From Gemmatimonadales bacterium (GTDB lineage Bacteria > Gemmatimonadota > Gemmatimonadetes > Gemmatimonadales > GWC2-71-9): a stretch of 64,000 bases of DNA. The notes under the pieces are model-generated. The model saw nothing but the letters and a program-made list of their open reading frames with translations. It was not told the origin of the DNA and searched no databases. Location of the stretch: assembly GCA_036556625.1 (NCBI GenBank), contig DATBJC010000118.1, forward strand, positions 14,877 through 78,876, written 5' to 3'. How positions within the stretch are numbered: position 1 is the first letter of the stretch; every line of letters starts with the position of its first letter. The translations under genes and the position numbers were made by a program. Shown piece by piece: positions 46,790 through 55,457 of the stretch.

Positions 46790-47896
46790 GTGACTACTGC
46801 CTACGATGTTATCGTGGTGGGTGGTGGGCCGATAGGTGCTGCCTGCGCTCGGGAGCTGGCGCTGGTCGGCAAGCGGGTGCTGGTGCTGGATCCCGACGGC
46901 GAGAACGGCCAGGCGTGGAAGGCGGCGGCCGGAATGCTGGCCCCTCAGATGGAGGCCGACCCGGAGGACCCGCTGCTGGAGGTGGGTCTGGCAGCCCGGG
47001 AGCACTACGGACCGCTTGCCGACGCCCTGCGCGAGACGACCGGCTGCGACATCGGGCTCTGGCGCGAGGGGATCGCCTGGGTCGCGGCGGACGAGGGCGA
47101 GGCGGCCGATCTCCGGTCGAAGGTGGCCTGGCAGCGGCAGCAGGGCCACCTGGCGGACTGGCTGGACGCCGACGAGGTGGCCACCAGATGGCCCTGGCTG
47201 GGCCCGACCGCCGGCGCGCTCTGGGCCCCGCATGAGGGTGCCTTGGAGCCGGCGCGGCTGGTGACCGCCCTTCGCGAGGATGCTACCCGGCTCGGCACGA
47301 TCTTCGAGCAGGACGCCGCGGTGAGCATCGAATCGCGGGGCGACAATGTCACCGGGGTGGTCGGCCGGCAGGGCCGCTACGTAGCGGGCGATGTCCTCCT
47401 CGCCGCCGGGGCATGGTCGGGAACCATCGGGGGCGTGCCCCGCCCGGTTGCCGTAGCACCCGTCCGGGGTCAGATGGCCGCGTTTCCCTGGCCCGCCGCC
47501 GGCCGCCGGGCGATCGTCTACGGTCGCGGCGGATATCTCGTGGCCCGCGGCGATGAAGCGATCGCCGGCTCGACCATGGAGTATGCCGGCTTCCACCCCG
47601 AGGTGACCTCGGCAGGATTGGCCCGGGTGTTCGCATCGGCCACCGCGCTGTGCCCCACCCTGACCAGCGCCGAGGTGAGGAGGACGTGGGCGGGACTCCG
47701 GCCGGTCACGCCCGACGGGCTTCCCATCATCGGCGCCGAGCCGCGGCTGCGCGGGCTGTGGTATGCGACCGGACACGGCCGCAACGGCGTCCTGCTCGCC
47801 GGGCTCACCGGCGTGCTGGTGCGGCAACTCGTCACCGGCGACACGCCGATGGAAGATCTCGGTCCCTTTGCCCCCGACCGATTCTGGAGATGGTGA
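46790..47896 (+). CDS. FAD-dependent oxidoreductase, glycine oxidase (ThiO)/DAO family
   Basis: 368 aa, GTG start. YDVIVVGGGPIGAACARELA, GLRPVTPDGLPIIG, ATGHGRNGVLLAGLTG. Confidence 0.7.
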   Translation: MTTAYDVIVVGGGPIGAACARELALVGKRVLVLDPDGENGQAWKAAAGMLAPQMEADPEDPLLEVGLAAREHYGPLADALRETTGCDIGLWREGIAWVAADEGEAADLRSKVAWQRQQGHLADWLDADEVATRWPWLGPTAGALWAPHEGALEPARLVTALREDATRLGTIFEQDAAVSIESRGDNVTGVVGRQGRYVAGDVLLAAGAWSGTIGGVPRPVAVAPVRGQMAAFPWPAAGRRAIVYGRGGYLVARGDEAIAGSTMEYAGFHPEVTSAGLARVFASATALCPTLTSAEVRRTWAGLRPVTPDGLPIIGAEPRLRGLWYATGHGRNGVLLAGLTGVLVRQLVTGDTPMEDLGPFAPDRFWRW

Positions 47897-48172
47897 TGCG
47901 ACAGCGATGAATGCCGGCGACCGGCCTCCAGTGGAGCGTAGAGCAGTAGAACCAATGGAACCCTCTGAAGACCGGCCGCCGCCACTCCCCACACCTACGT
48001 CTGGCCACCTCGAACGGACGTAGTCCCTGCCGCACACGATCGCGGTCACCCCACCGCCGAGCTTCACAGCGAGCCATCCGAGAGATCCGTTCTCCCTCCG
48101 GGGGCGTAGGCCAGTCACGGACGCGCAAACCTCACGTGCCGTCACGCCACCCCGTCAAGGAGATCGAAGGTC

Positions 48173-48916
48173 ATGAGCGTCAGACCCACCACACGCCGGC
48201 GCAGGGTCGCCGCCGGGCTCCTGCTGCTGGCCGGCGCGGCCGGCGGCGTCGGGCTCGCCACCGGATCGGATCACCAGGACACCCGCGAAGTCGAGCTGGA
48301 CAATCCCAAGCTGGACATGACCGACGTCTATGCGTTCCCCGGCTCTTCCACCGGACGCATCGTGCTGGTGATGAACAGCCGGGCCTTCCTCACCCCCGGC
48401 GCGACCGCGGCGGATGCCTCGTTCGACCCCGCGCTGCTCTACCAGTTCAAGATCGACAACGACGGCGATGCCCGGGAGGACCGGGTCGTCCAGGTCACGT
48501 TCAGCGGCACCGGTGCCAACCAGCAGGTGCAGGTGCGCGGGCCGATCGAGCCGCCGGTCCAGGGCGCAACCGACAACGAGATCGCCGACGTCTCGCCCGC
48601 GGTGAGCGGAGTGATCGCTACGCCCCTTGGCAGCAGCGACAATCTCCAGGTCTTCGCGGGTCCGAGAGACGATCCCTTCTTCATCGACCTCGAGGCCGCC
48701 TTCTGCATCCTGCCCGACCGCAAGCCCGAGGGCGGTGAGCTCTCGCAGCCCTGCGCGCTCGACCCCAATCCCTCGGCGCCGTTCTTCTTCCGCAGCCCCG
48801 GCATCAACTACGTCGACGGGTTCAACGTCCTGTCGATCGTCATCGAGCTGCCGAGCTCGCTGATCGAGAACGGGGCACCCGGCAAGCTGGGGATCTGGGG
48901 CACCATCAGCCGATGA
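48173..48916 (+). CDS. DUF4331 protein, N-terminal-half homolog, with Arg-rich (Tat-like) signal
   Basis: 247 aa, AAGGAG RBS. MSVRPTTRRRRVAAGLLLLAGAAGG. DMTDVYAFPG, LYQFKIDNDGDAREDRV, FAGPRDDPFFIDL, NVLSIVIELP, LGIWGTISR-stop. Confidence 0.75.
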   Translation: MSVRPTTRRRRVAAGLLLLAGAAGGVGLATGSDHQDTREVELDNPKLDMTDVYAFPGSSTGRIVLVMNSRAFLTPGATAADASFDPALLYQFKIDNDGDAREDRVVQVTFSGTGANQQVQVRGPIEPPVQGATDNEIADVSPAVSGVIATPLGSSDNLQVFAGPRDDPFFIDLEAAFCILPDRKPEGGELSQPCALDPNPSAPFFFRSPGINYVDGFNVLSIVIELPSSLIENGAPGKLGIWGTISR

Positions 48917-48948
48917 CACCGACCATGGCACACACAAGGGAGACTCTC

Positions 48949-49533
48949 ATGCAGCGCACCACCCCGGGGCATCGGCTCCGCCGCCTGACGCTGGGAGCCG
49001 CCGCGGCGGCGCTCGCGGTCATCGCGGCCGCGTGCAGTGATGACAGCGGCCCCAGCACGCCGGCGACCTTCGATCAGATCCAGCGGCTGGGCAATCCGCT
49101 GGTGAGCGAAGTGCTGTTGAGCAAGGCCAGCCACCCCACTCACGGCACCATCGGTCCCGACGCTGACGCGGCGACCATCGGCCCGGAGATCCTGTCGTTC
49201 CTCACCGGCCCCAGCAGCGTCGCCGGCCGATCAGAGGCGTACGCCAACACGCTCGGCAGCGTGCTCCTGCCGGACATCCTGGTTGTCCAGACCAATCGGG
49301 ATCCGGGCAGCGCCGGGTGGCTCACCTGGCTTCCGCTGGCTCCGTTCGCGGACGGTTGGGGCGGCCGCAAGCTGAACGATGACGTGGTGGACCTCGCGCT
49401 CCTCGCGGTGTTCGGCGATCCCTTCGGCGCCGACCCCGACGGGGCGGCCGGCAAGGCGGCGCTCACCACCGACAACGTGGCCAGCGACTCTCCGTTCTCC
49501 GCGGCGTTTCCCTATCTGGGAGCGCCCAACTGA
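48949..49533 (+). CDS. DUF4331 protein, C-terminal-half homolog, with its own lipoprotein signal
   Basis: Track ORF 48913..49533. I prefer ATG 48949 (AAGGGAG RBS): MQRTTPGHRLRRLTLGAAAAALAVIAAACSDD. QRLGNPLVSEVLL, LLPDILVVQTN, GGRKLNDDVVDLALL, FPYLGAPN. Confidence 0.7.
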   Translation: MQRTTPGHRLRRLTLGAAAAALAVIAAACSDDSGPSTPATFDQIQRLGNPLVSEVLLSKASHPTHGTIGPDADAATIGPEILSFLTGPSSVAGRSEAYANTLGSVLLPDILVVQTNRDPGSAGWLTWLPLAPFADGWGGRKLNDDVVDLALLAVFGDPFGADPDGAAGKAALTTDNVASDSPFSAAFPYLGAPN

Positions 49534-49556
49534 TCCCCCTGGCCGCCGGACGGCTG

Positions 49557-50843
49557 ATGCTCACCGCGCTCTTTCTGGGCGCGGTGAGCGCGGCGTTGGT
49601 GATGGCCCGCTCGCTCGGGAGCGCCGAGGCTTCGGCCACACCGCGTCTCCCGGAAACCCGGGTGCTGCAGATGGACATCGGGTTCTTCCAGGCTCGGGTG
49701 GCGCGGGACCCGCGCTCCGCTCGGGATTTCGCCGAGCTGGCCCGCCTCTTTCTCCAGCGGGGACGGCTCGGGGGTGGCGACGGAGACTTCCGGCGCGCGG
49801 AAGGCCACGCGCGACATTCGCTCGAGCTTCGCAGGGGGCGAAACGGAACGGCGTTTCAGGTGCTGGCGGCGAGCCTGATGGGGCAACACCGGTTCCCGGA
49901 GGCACGCTCGGTGGCCGAGGGGCTGCTGGCGCTGGATTCAACCTCGACCTCGGCGCGGTCACTGCTGGGCGAGATCCAGCTCGAGCTGGGCGCGTACGAC
50001 CAGGCCCGGCGCACCTTCGGAATGCTGTACACCGTCCGCGACGACCTGACGGTCGCGGCTCGCTACGCCCGATGGGAAGAGCTGCGCGGACGGCCTGAGG
50101 CGGCCCGGCGGCTGCTTCGCGAAGCGCGTGACCGGGCATCCCGGCTCCACGGCATGTCCCCCTCGCACATCGCCTGGTTCCAGTGGCGCCTGGGCGACCT
50201 GGCCCTCCGGTATGGCCGCCTGGGCGAGGCGGAGCGCGAGCTGCAAGCCGGACTCGCCGGCATGCCGGATGACCACCGGCTGCTGGAGGCGCGAGCCCGC
50301 GTCGCAGCCGCGCGCGGCCGTTGGGGCGAGGCGATCGAGTACGGGGAGCGAGCTCTCGCGAGGAGCCTCGATCCGGCGACGCTCGGCTTCCTGTACCAGG
50401 CCTATGCTGCCTCGGGTGACAGCCTCAAGGCGGAGGAGTACTACCGCGCGCTGTCGGTCAGCGTGCTCGAGCAGGACACTTTCCATCGGCTTTGGGGGCT
50501 GCTGCTGCTCGATCGCGGGAAGGAAGTGCCCAGCGTACTCGCCCGGGCGGAACGGGAGATCGCCGTGCGCCAGGACATCTACGGGTGGGACCTGCTCGCC
50601 TGGGCGCTCTACCGGTCGGGCCGGGCAGCGGAAGCGCATGAGAGGATGCGGCGCGCCCTCGCTCTGGGCACCCGCGATCCGACGCTCTACTTCCACGCCG
50701 GCACCATCGAGGCGGCGCTCGGCTACCGCGCGGATTCCCGCCGGCATCTGAGAGCCGCGCTGGCGATCAATCCCCACTGGGATCCCTTCCAGCCTGCCGA
50801 GGCGAGAGCTACGCTCGCGCGGCTCGATGCAACCGAGGAATGA
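49557..50843 (+). CDS. Tetratricopeptide-repeat protein (membrane-anchored or secreted)
   Basis: 428 aa. N-terminal hydrophobic MLTALFLGAVSAALVMA. Repeated A/L/R-rich helical pairs (..YGRLGEAERELQAGLAGMPDDHRLLEARARV.., ..GRAAEAHERMRRALALGTRDP..). Confidence 0.7.
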   Translation: MLTALFLGAVSAALVMARSLGSAEASATPRLPETRVLQMDIGFFQARVARDPRSARDFAELARLFLQRGRLGGGDGDFRRAEGHARHSLELRRGRNGTAFQVLAASLMGQHRFPEARSVAEGLLALDSTSTSARSLLGEIQLELGAYDQARRTFGMLYTVRDDLTVAARYARWEELRGRPEAARRLLREARDRASRLHGMSPSHIAWFQWRLGDLALRYGRLGEAERELQAGLAGMPDDHRLLEARARVAAARGRWGEAIEYGERALARSLDPATLGFLYQAYAASGDSLKAEEYYRALSVSVLEQDTFHRLWGLLLLDRGKEVPSVLARAEREIAVRQDIYGWDLLAWALYRSGRAAEAHERMRRALALGTRDPTLYFHAGTIEAALGYRADSRRHLRAALAINPHWDPFQPAEARATLARLDATEE

Positions 50844-51421
50844 GTTACGTGTCCGAGCTCCTTGCCTACGTCGGCCTGGGATTCCATCACATCGCTGATC
50901 CGGCCGCATGGGATCATCTCCTCTTTCTGTTCGCGCTGGCCGCGATCTATCGCGGCCGGGACTGGCGCAGTGCGGCCTGGGTGGTCACCGCATTCACGGC
51001 CGGGCACTCGGCGACATTGGCGCTCGCCGTGACGGGAGCCGTGGTCCTTCCGACCGCCCTCATCGAGTTCCTGATTCCTCTGACCATCGTGGCGACCGGA
51101 GTCGAGAACCTGCTGATGCGCGACCGAGGGGCCGGGACGATCCGCGGCCGCTCCCGGCCGGTCTTCGCCGGGGTCTTCGGTCTGGTTCATGGCGCCGGCT
51201 TCGCGAACTACCTGCGGAGCCTCTTCACCGGCTCGATCGCGGTGCCCTTGCTCGGCTTCAACCTGGGAATCGAGCTGGGGCAGCTGGCAATTCTCGCCGG
51301 CGCGGCCGTCGTGCTCGCAGGCATGGACCAGCTGGTGGGCCATCGGCGCCGGGTGGTGGCGGTATCGGCGGTGGTCGTGCTGCTGGCGCTGCCGATGGCG
51401 GTGTCGCGGCTGCCATGGTGA
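50840..51421 (+). CDS. HupE/UreJ-family membrane protein
   Basis: 193 aa, ATGA overlap with the upstream gene. GFHHIADPAAWDHLLFLFALAA, AFTAGHSATLA, FGLVHGAGFA, GFNLGIELGQL. Confidence 0.8.
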   Translation: MSYVSELLAYVGLGFHHIADPAAWDHLLFLFALAAIYRGRDWRSAAWVVTAFTAGHSATLALAVTGAVVLPTALIEFLIPLTIVATGVENLLMRDRGAGTIRGRSRPVFAGVFGLVHGAGFANYLRSLFTGSIAVPLLGFNLGIELGQLAILAGAAVVLAGMDQLVGHRRRVVAVSAVVVLLALPMAVSRLPW

Positions 51422-51846
51422 ACGGGTCATGGATCGTCGCGCTGACGGTGGCGCTGCTGGCGCCGCGATCGATCGCGCATCCCACGCACAGCTCCTCGGC
51501 CGAGCTGGTGCAGGAGGCCGACTCGGTGCGGGTGGTGCTTCGGGTGTTCGCGGACGACCTGGCCACGGTCGGCGCGGTAGGTCCCTACATCGCGGAGCGC
51601 TTCGCGCTGGCGGATCGGAGCGGTGCACCGGTCCGGCTGGAATGGGCCGGCGCCGACACGGGTGCGGACGTCGTCACCATCCGGCTTCGCGGGCGGATGG
51701 CGGCCGGCCTTTCGGGCGCGAAGGTGAGCAACCGGGTTCTCACCGATCGGTTCGCCGATCAGGTCAACCTGGTTCGTGCGAGCTACCAGCGCCGCACGGC
51801 CACACTCATCTTCACCCGAGGGGATGGGCCGAAGGCGCTGCCATGA
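51415..51846 (+). CDS. Secreted hypothetical protein, DUF6702-like
   Basis: 3' part of track ORF 50908..51846. ATG 51415 overlaps the HupE end. MVNGSWIVALTVALLAPRSIAHPTHSSSAELVQEADSVRVVLRVFADDLA (H-x-x-H-x-S..E then F-x-DDL pattern). Confidence 0.6.
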   Translation: MVNGSWIVALTVALLAPRSIAHPTHSSSAELVQEADSVRVVLRVFADDLATVGAVGPYIAERFALADRSGAPVRLEWAGADTGADVVTIRLRGRMAAGLSGAKVSNRVLTDRFADQVNLVRASYQRRTATLIFTRGDGPKALP

Positions 51847-52517
51847 TTAGACTCATGGTCGAGAGTCAAAGCCCGATGAGCGAGTCGACCTCTCCCCGCC
51901 ACCCAGGGCTGATGCGCAGCACCGCGACCGGACCCACACCTACCAGCGACACCGATCTCGTCGCCCGGGCCGCCGAGGGCGACGAGCGTGCCATGGGTCA
52001 CCTGTACGACCGGTATGGTCAGATGCTCTATGCCGTAGCCTATCGGATCGTGGGTCAGCGGGCGGACGCCGAGGAGGTGGTGCTCGACGCCTTCGCCCAG
52101 GCGTGGCGGGAGGCGGGCAAGTTCGAGATCAACCGTGGCTCGGTGCCAGGCTGGCTGACCACGATCGCACGCAGCCGGGCGCTGGATCTGGTGCGGGCCC
52201 GGAGCCGTAGGGATCGCATCACCGCCACGGCGGCGGCGGACCGCCCCGACTCGTCCCCGGCGATGGGCGGCTGGAAGGCGGACCCCTCGAGTGGAGTGGA
52301 TCTTGCCGAGCGACGGGCCCAGGTACAACAGGCACTGGAGACCCTCTCGCCACCTCAGCGGAGGGCGATCGAGCTGGCGTTCTTCGAGGGCCTTTCGCAG
52401 TCGGAGATCGCCGAGCTGCTTCAGGAGCCGCTCGGCACCATCAAGACCCGGGTGCGTCTGGGTATGCAGAAGCTGCGGGAGCATCTCCGGCCGTTCTACT
52501 TCGAGCGTGGGCAATGA
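51843..52517 (+). CDS. ECF-type RNA polymerase sigma-70 factor
   Basis: 3' part of track ORF 51189..52517, ATGA overlap. Region 2 LYDRYGQMLYAVAYRIVGQRADAEEVVLDAFAQAWR. Region 4 LSPPQRRAIELAFFEGLSQSEIAELLQEPLGTIKTRVRLGMQKLR. Confidence 0.9.
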   Translation: MIRLMVESQSPMSESTSPRHPGLMRSTATGPTPTSDTDLVARAAEGDERAMGHLYDRYGQMLYAVAYRIVGQRADAEEVVLDAFAQAWREAGKFEINRGSVPGWLTTIARSRALDLVRARSRRDRITATAAADRPDSSPAMGGWKADPSSGVDLAERRAQVQQALETLSPPQRRAIELAFFEGLSQSEIAELLQEPLGTIKTRVRLGMQKLREHLRPFYFERGQ

Positions 52518-53311
52518 GTCCGTCCCGCCAGGAATCGCCCCAGGATCTGGCCGCGGCGTACGCGCTCGGGGCGCTCTCGCCCGAGGAGGCAAGGCAATTC
52601 GAGGCCTTCCTCACCGGCTCGCCCGAGACCCAGCGCGAAGTGGCGGAGTACCGCGAAGTGGCGGCACTCCTGGCCCTGGCCGGACCGGAGGCCGCCCCCT
52701 CGCCCGACCTCCGCGAGCGGGTGCTGTCACGAATGCATGGGCCGCTGGTGCATTCGATTCCGCCGGCTCGCATCTCCGGGCCGGTGCGGCGTCCGGGCCC
52801 GGCCTGGGGTGCGCTGGCCGCCGGGTTGATCGCCGCCGTAGGGCTGGGCTTCGGCTACGTGCAGCTGCGGGAGGCGGAGGACCTTCGGGAGCAGCTCCGA
52901 AGCACCATGTCACGCCTGGCCGAAACGTCGAACCTGCTCACCCAGCGGGAGGCCACGCTCAATGCGATCTTCGAGCCCGGGGTGCAGATGTTCCAGCTCA
53001 CCTCGAGCGGCGATCCCGATCCCGGTATCCAGTTGTTCTGGGACCGGCAGCGCCATCGCGCGATCGTTCACGGATTCCGGATCAAGCCGGTCCCCGAGGG
53101 CCGCGCGTACCAGCTCTGGTTCATCAAGGACGGCTCGCCGGTGCCTTCGGTGACGTTCAAGCCGGAGCCCGACGGGCACGTGAAGGTGGAGCAGATTCCG
53201 GTTCCACCCGATGGCGAGGTGAGCGCGGCCGCGGTGACGGTGGAGCCGGAGTCAGGCTCGTCCCAGCCCACTTCACCCATTCTGCTGGTCGGTCCGCTCA
53301 AGCGCTCGTGA
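52514..53311 (+). CDS. Anti-sigma factor (RskA/anti-sigma-K type)
   Basis: 265 aa, ATGA overlap. LAAAYALGALSPEEARQFEAFL, a single TM (WGALAAGLIAAVGLGFGYV), C-terminal YQLWFIKDGSPVPSVTF...VTVEPESGS. Confidence 0.85.
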   Translation: MSPSRQESPQDLAAAYALGALSPEEARQFEAFLTGSPETQREVAEYREVAALLALAGPEAAPSPDLRERVLSRMHGPLVHSIPPARISGPVRRPGPAWGALAAGLIAAVGLGFGYVQLREAEDLREQLRSTMSRLAETSNLLTQREATLNAIFEPGVQMFQLTSSGDPDPGIQLFWDRQRHRAIVHGFRIKPVPEGRAYQLWFIKDGSPVPSVTFKPEPDGHVKVEQIPVPPDGEVSAAAVTVEPESGSSQPTSPILLVGPLKRS

Positions 53312-54165
53312 TCTGCCGCCGGGCCGGGGTGCAGGCGCTGACAGCCCTGGTCGCGCTCGCCGCTCCGCTCCTCTCCCAGGACGTGCCCCCTGACATCGAA
53401 CGGGAGCGCTCGGGCTACGCCGAGTGGCTCGCCACCGCACCGAATTCGCCGCTGGCCGCGCTCGCGCAGCAGCCCATCGGCAGCGGTATCCGGCTGGGCC
53501 CGCCCGATGCGGACGTGCCGCTCGAGGGAGTGGCCGAGCACCGGGTGACCGAGCGGGCCGGGAGAGTGACTTTGGCGGGTGGATCCGGCAGCCGGCTCGT
53601 TCCGCCGGGTCGCCCCCTCGCGCTGGGTTCGTACTTCGTGACATCGGGAGGCGTGAGCGGACGCCGCGTGATCACGGTATACGGCCCGAATCGCGAGCGC
53701 AAAGCCACGGAGTACTATGAGTACGACCCGACACTGGTGTTCGTGGGGCCCATCACGCCCCCGGAGGAGCCGGGGGAGGTCCGTGTCCTCGCGGTGGACG
53801 GCATCGAGGTCGACGCTGCGGAGGCCGGCACGGTAGTGATCCCGATCGATGGACGCCCGGTGCGACTTCGAGTCCGGCGGATTCCGACCGGCATCGAAGA
53901 GGAGTCGGAGCTGGAGGTCTATTTCCGGGATGGCACCAACGGTCAGGGCTCGTACCCCGCGGGCCGGTTTCTCTCCCTGGTACCCGCGGGCGAAGGCCGG
54001 TATCGGCTGGACTTCAATCGGGCACGAAATCCGTTCTGCGCCTACAGCTCGGCCTTTCCCTGCCCCGCCCCCTGGCGAGGGAATTCCATCCCGGCGAAGG
54101 TCGAGGCCGGGGAGCGCTATCTGGGCGGCGGGCTGAGTACGCCGGGCGGACTGGAGCCGCGGTGA
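53308..54165 (+). CDS. DUF1684 domain-containing protein
   Basis: 3' part of track ORF 52291..54165, GTGA overlap. ...YFRDGTNGQGSYPAGRFLSLVPAGEGRYRLDFNRARNPFCAYSSAFPCPAPWRGNSIPAKVEAGE. Confidence 0.8.
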   Translation: MICRRAGVQALTALVALAAPLLSQDVPPDIERERSGYAEWLATAPNSPLAALAQQPIGSGIRLGPPDADVPLEGVAEHRVTERAGRVTLAGGSGSRLVPPGRPLALGSYFVTSGGVSGRRVITVYGPNRERKATEYYEYDPTLVFVGPITPPEEPGEVRVLAVDGIEVDAAEAGTVVIPIDGRPVRLRVRRIPTGIEEESELEVYFRDGTNGQGSYPAGRFLSLVPAGEGRYRLDFNRARNPFCAYSSAFPCPAPWRGNSIPAKVEAGERYLGGGLSTPGGLEPR

Positions 54166-55376
54166 GGTCCTGGGCCCCGGTGCTCGTCCTCGCCCTGGCC
54201 GCTCCAACGACCACCTCGCCGGCCGGTGAGTGGCGGGCGGCCTTGGACCTCGCGGGCGGCGAGCTGCGATTCGGGATGGCCTTAGAACGAAGCGGCGCCG
54301 GCTGGCGCGGCCAGCTCTGCAACGGGGACAAGTGCCAGCCATTCTCCGGGGTGACCGTGGCCGGCGACAGTGTGGCACTGGAGATAGCCGACTACGGGGC
54401 CACCATCACCGCCCGGCTGAAGGGCGACTCCCTAACCGGCTCCTATCGCAACGTCGGGAACCGGGGGCCGCGGGTGATTCCGTTTCGCGCCGGCCGTGGT
54501 CGGTGGCCGGTGAGCCGAGGGCCAGAGCGGCTGATCGGTCGCTGGGACGCGCTCTGGATGGGTGACTTCGGTACCAGCCCCCGGGTGCTGGAACTGCGGA
54601 ACGGCAGCGCCGGTCTCGAGGGAACCATCATCTCCAACACCGGCGACTACGGACACTTCGCGGGTGGGGTCCAGGGCGACAGCTTCGCCCTGGCCCACTT
54701 CGATGGATCCTACGTGTACCTGCTCACCGGCGCGCTCAACCGCAGCGGCACCACGCCGGACACCCTGCGGGGACTCTTTCACGCGGGCCTTCGAACGCAG
54801 ACCCCCTTCCTGGCGGCCCGAAGCACCGGCGCACCACACCTCAGGTCAGTCACGGAGAACACCCAGGCGGACACGACCGAGCCCTTCCGCTTTGCCTTTC
54901 CCGATCTCGAGGGCCGCATCGTCACCCAGCAGGATCCCAGGTTCAAGGACAAGGTGGTCATGGTGGACGTATTCGGCACCTGGTGTCCGACCTGTCATGA
55001 CGCGGCGCCCGAGCTGGTCAAGCTCCACCGGAAATATCGCAGCCGCGGGCTGGAGATCGTGGGGCTGGCCTATGAGGTCTCGGGCGACACGGCGGTGGAC
55101 CGTCGCCTGGTCCGGCGGTACCGGAAGAAGTTCGGGATCGAGTTTCCTCTCCTGCTCGCGGGCATCAACGACACCGAGGCCGCGGCGGCGACTCTGCCCC
55201 AGCTTCGCGGCTTCACCTCGTTTCCCACCACGATCTTTCTGGGACGGGACGGCAAGGTGCGCCGGATCCACGCGGGCTTCTACGGTCCGGCCACCGGCGC
55301 GCAGCACGCGAAGCAGGTGAGGGATTGGGAACGGGAGGTGGAAGCGCTCCTGAACGAGCGTGGGGGAGAGGGATGA
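54162..55376 (+). CDS. TlpA-family thiol:disulfide oxidoreductase with ~250-aa N-terminal unknown domain
   Basis: 404 aa, GTGA overlap. Thioredoxin-fold C-terminus VVMVDVFGTWCPTCHDAAPELVKLHRKY...FPTTIFLGRDGKV. Confidence 0.85.
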   Translation: MRSWAPVLVLALAAPTTTSPAGEWRAALDLAGGELRFGMALERSGAGWRGQLCNGDKCQPFSGVTVAGDSVALEIADYGATITARLKGDSLTGSYRNVGNRGPRVIPFRAGRGRWPVSRGPERLIGRWDALWMGDFGTSPRVLELRNGSAGLEGTIISNTGDYGHFAGGVQGDSFALAHFDGSYVYLLTGALNRSGTTPDTLRGLFHAGLRTQTPFLAARSTGAPHLRSVTENTQADTTEPFRFAFPDLEGRIVTQQDPRFKDKVVMVDVFGTWCPTCHDAAPELVKLHRKYRSRGLEIVGLAYEVSGDTAVDRRLVRRYRKKFGIEFPLLLAGINDTEAAAATLPQLRGFTSFPTTIFLGRDGKVRRIHAGFYGPATGAQHAKQVRDWEREVEALLNERGGEG

Positions 55377-55387
55377 GAGGATACCGA

Positions 55388-55457
55388 GGTGTCATCCTGG
55401 GCGCAGCGAAGGGGAGCATCGCCAGATGGTCCCCTTCACTCCGTTCAGGGTGACACC
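55388..55457 (+). repeat. 70-nt imperfect palindromic element of the same family as 46405-46485; possible 3' hairpin of the plus-strand operon
   Basis: Arms 55388-55420 (ggtgtcatcctgggcgcagcgaaggggagcatc) and 55425-55457. By my hand pairing there are 27 Watson-Crick pairs, 3 G-U pairs and 3 mismatches out of 33 in plus-strand RNA. The G-U pairs become C-A on the minus strand. A T-rich run lies at 55465-55474, 7 nt downstream. Confidence 0.65.

Noticed and set aside
47897-48172. Possible riboswitch or small gene in the 276-nt leader of the DUF4331 operon
   Set aside because: There are only weak hairpins (for example ctacgtc/gacgtag at about 47995-48023) and no recognisable conserved riboswitch core. 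The ORFs there (47763..48023, 47832..48128) are Pro/Arg-rich shadows. This is left as something to scan with Rfam, not a claim.
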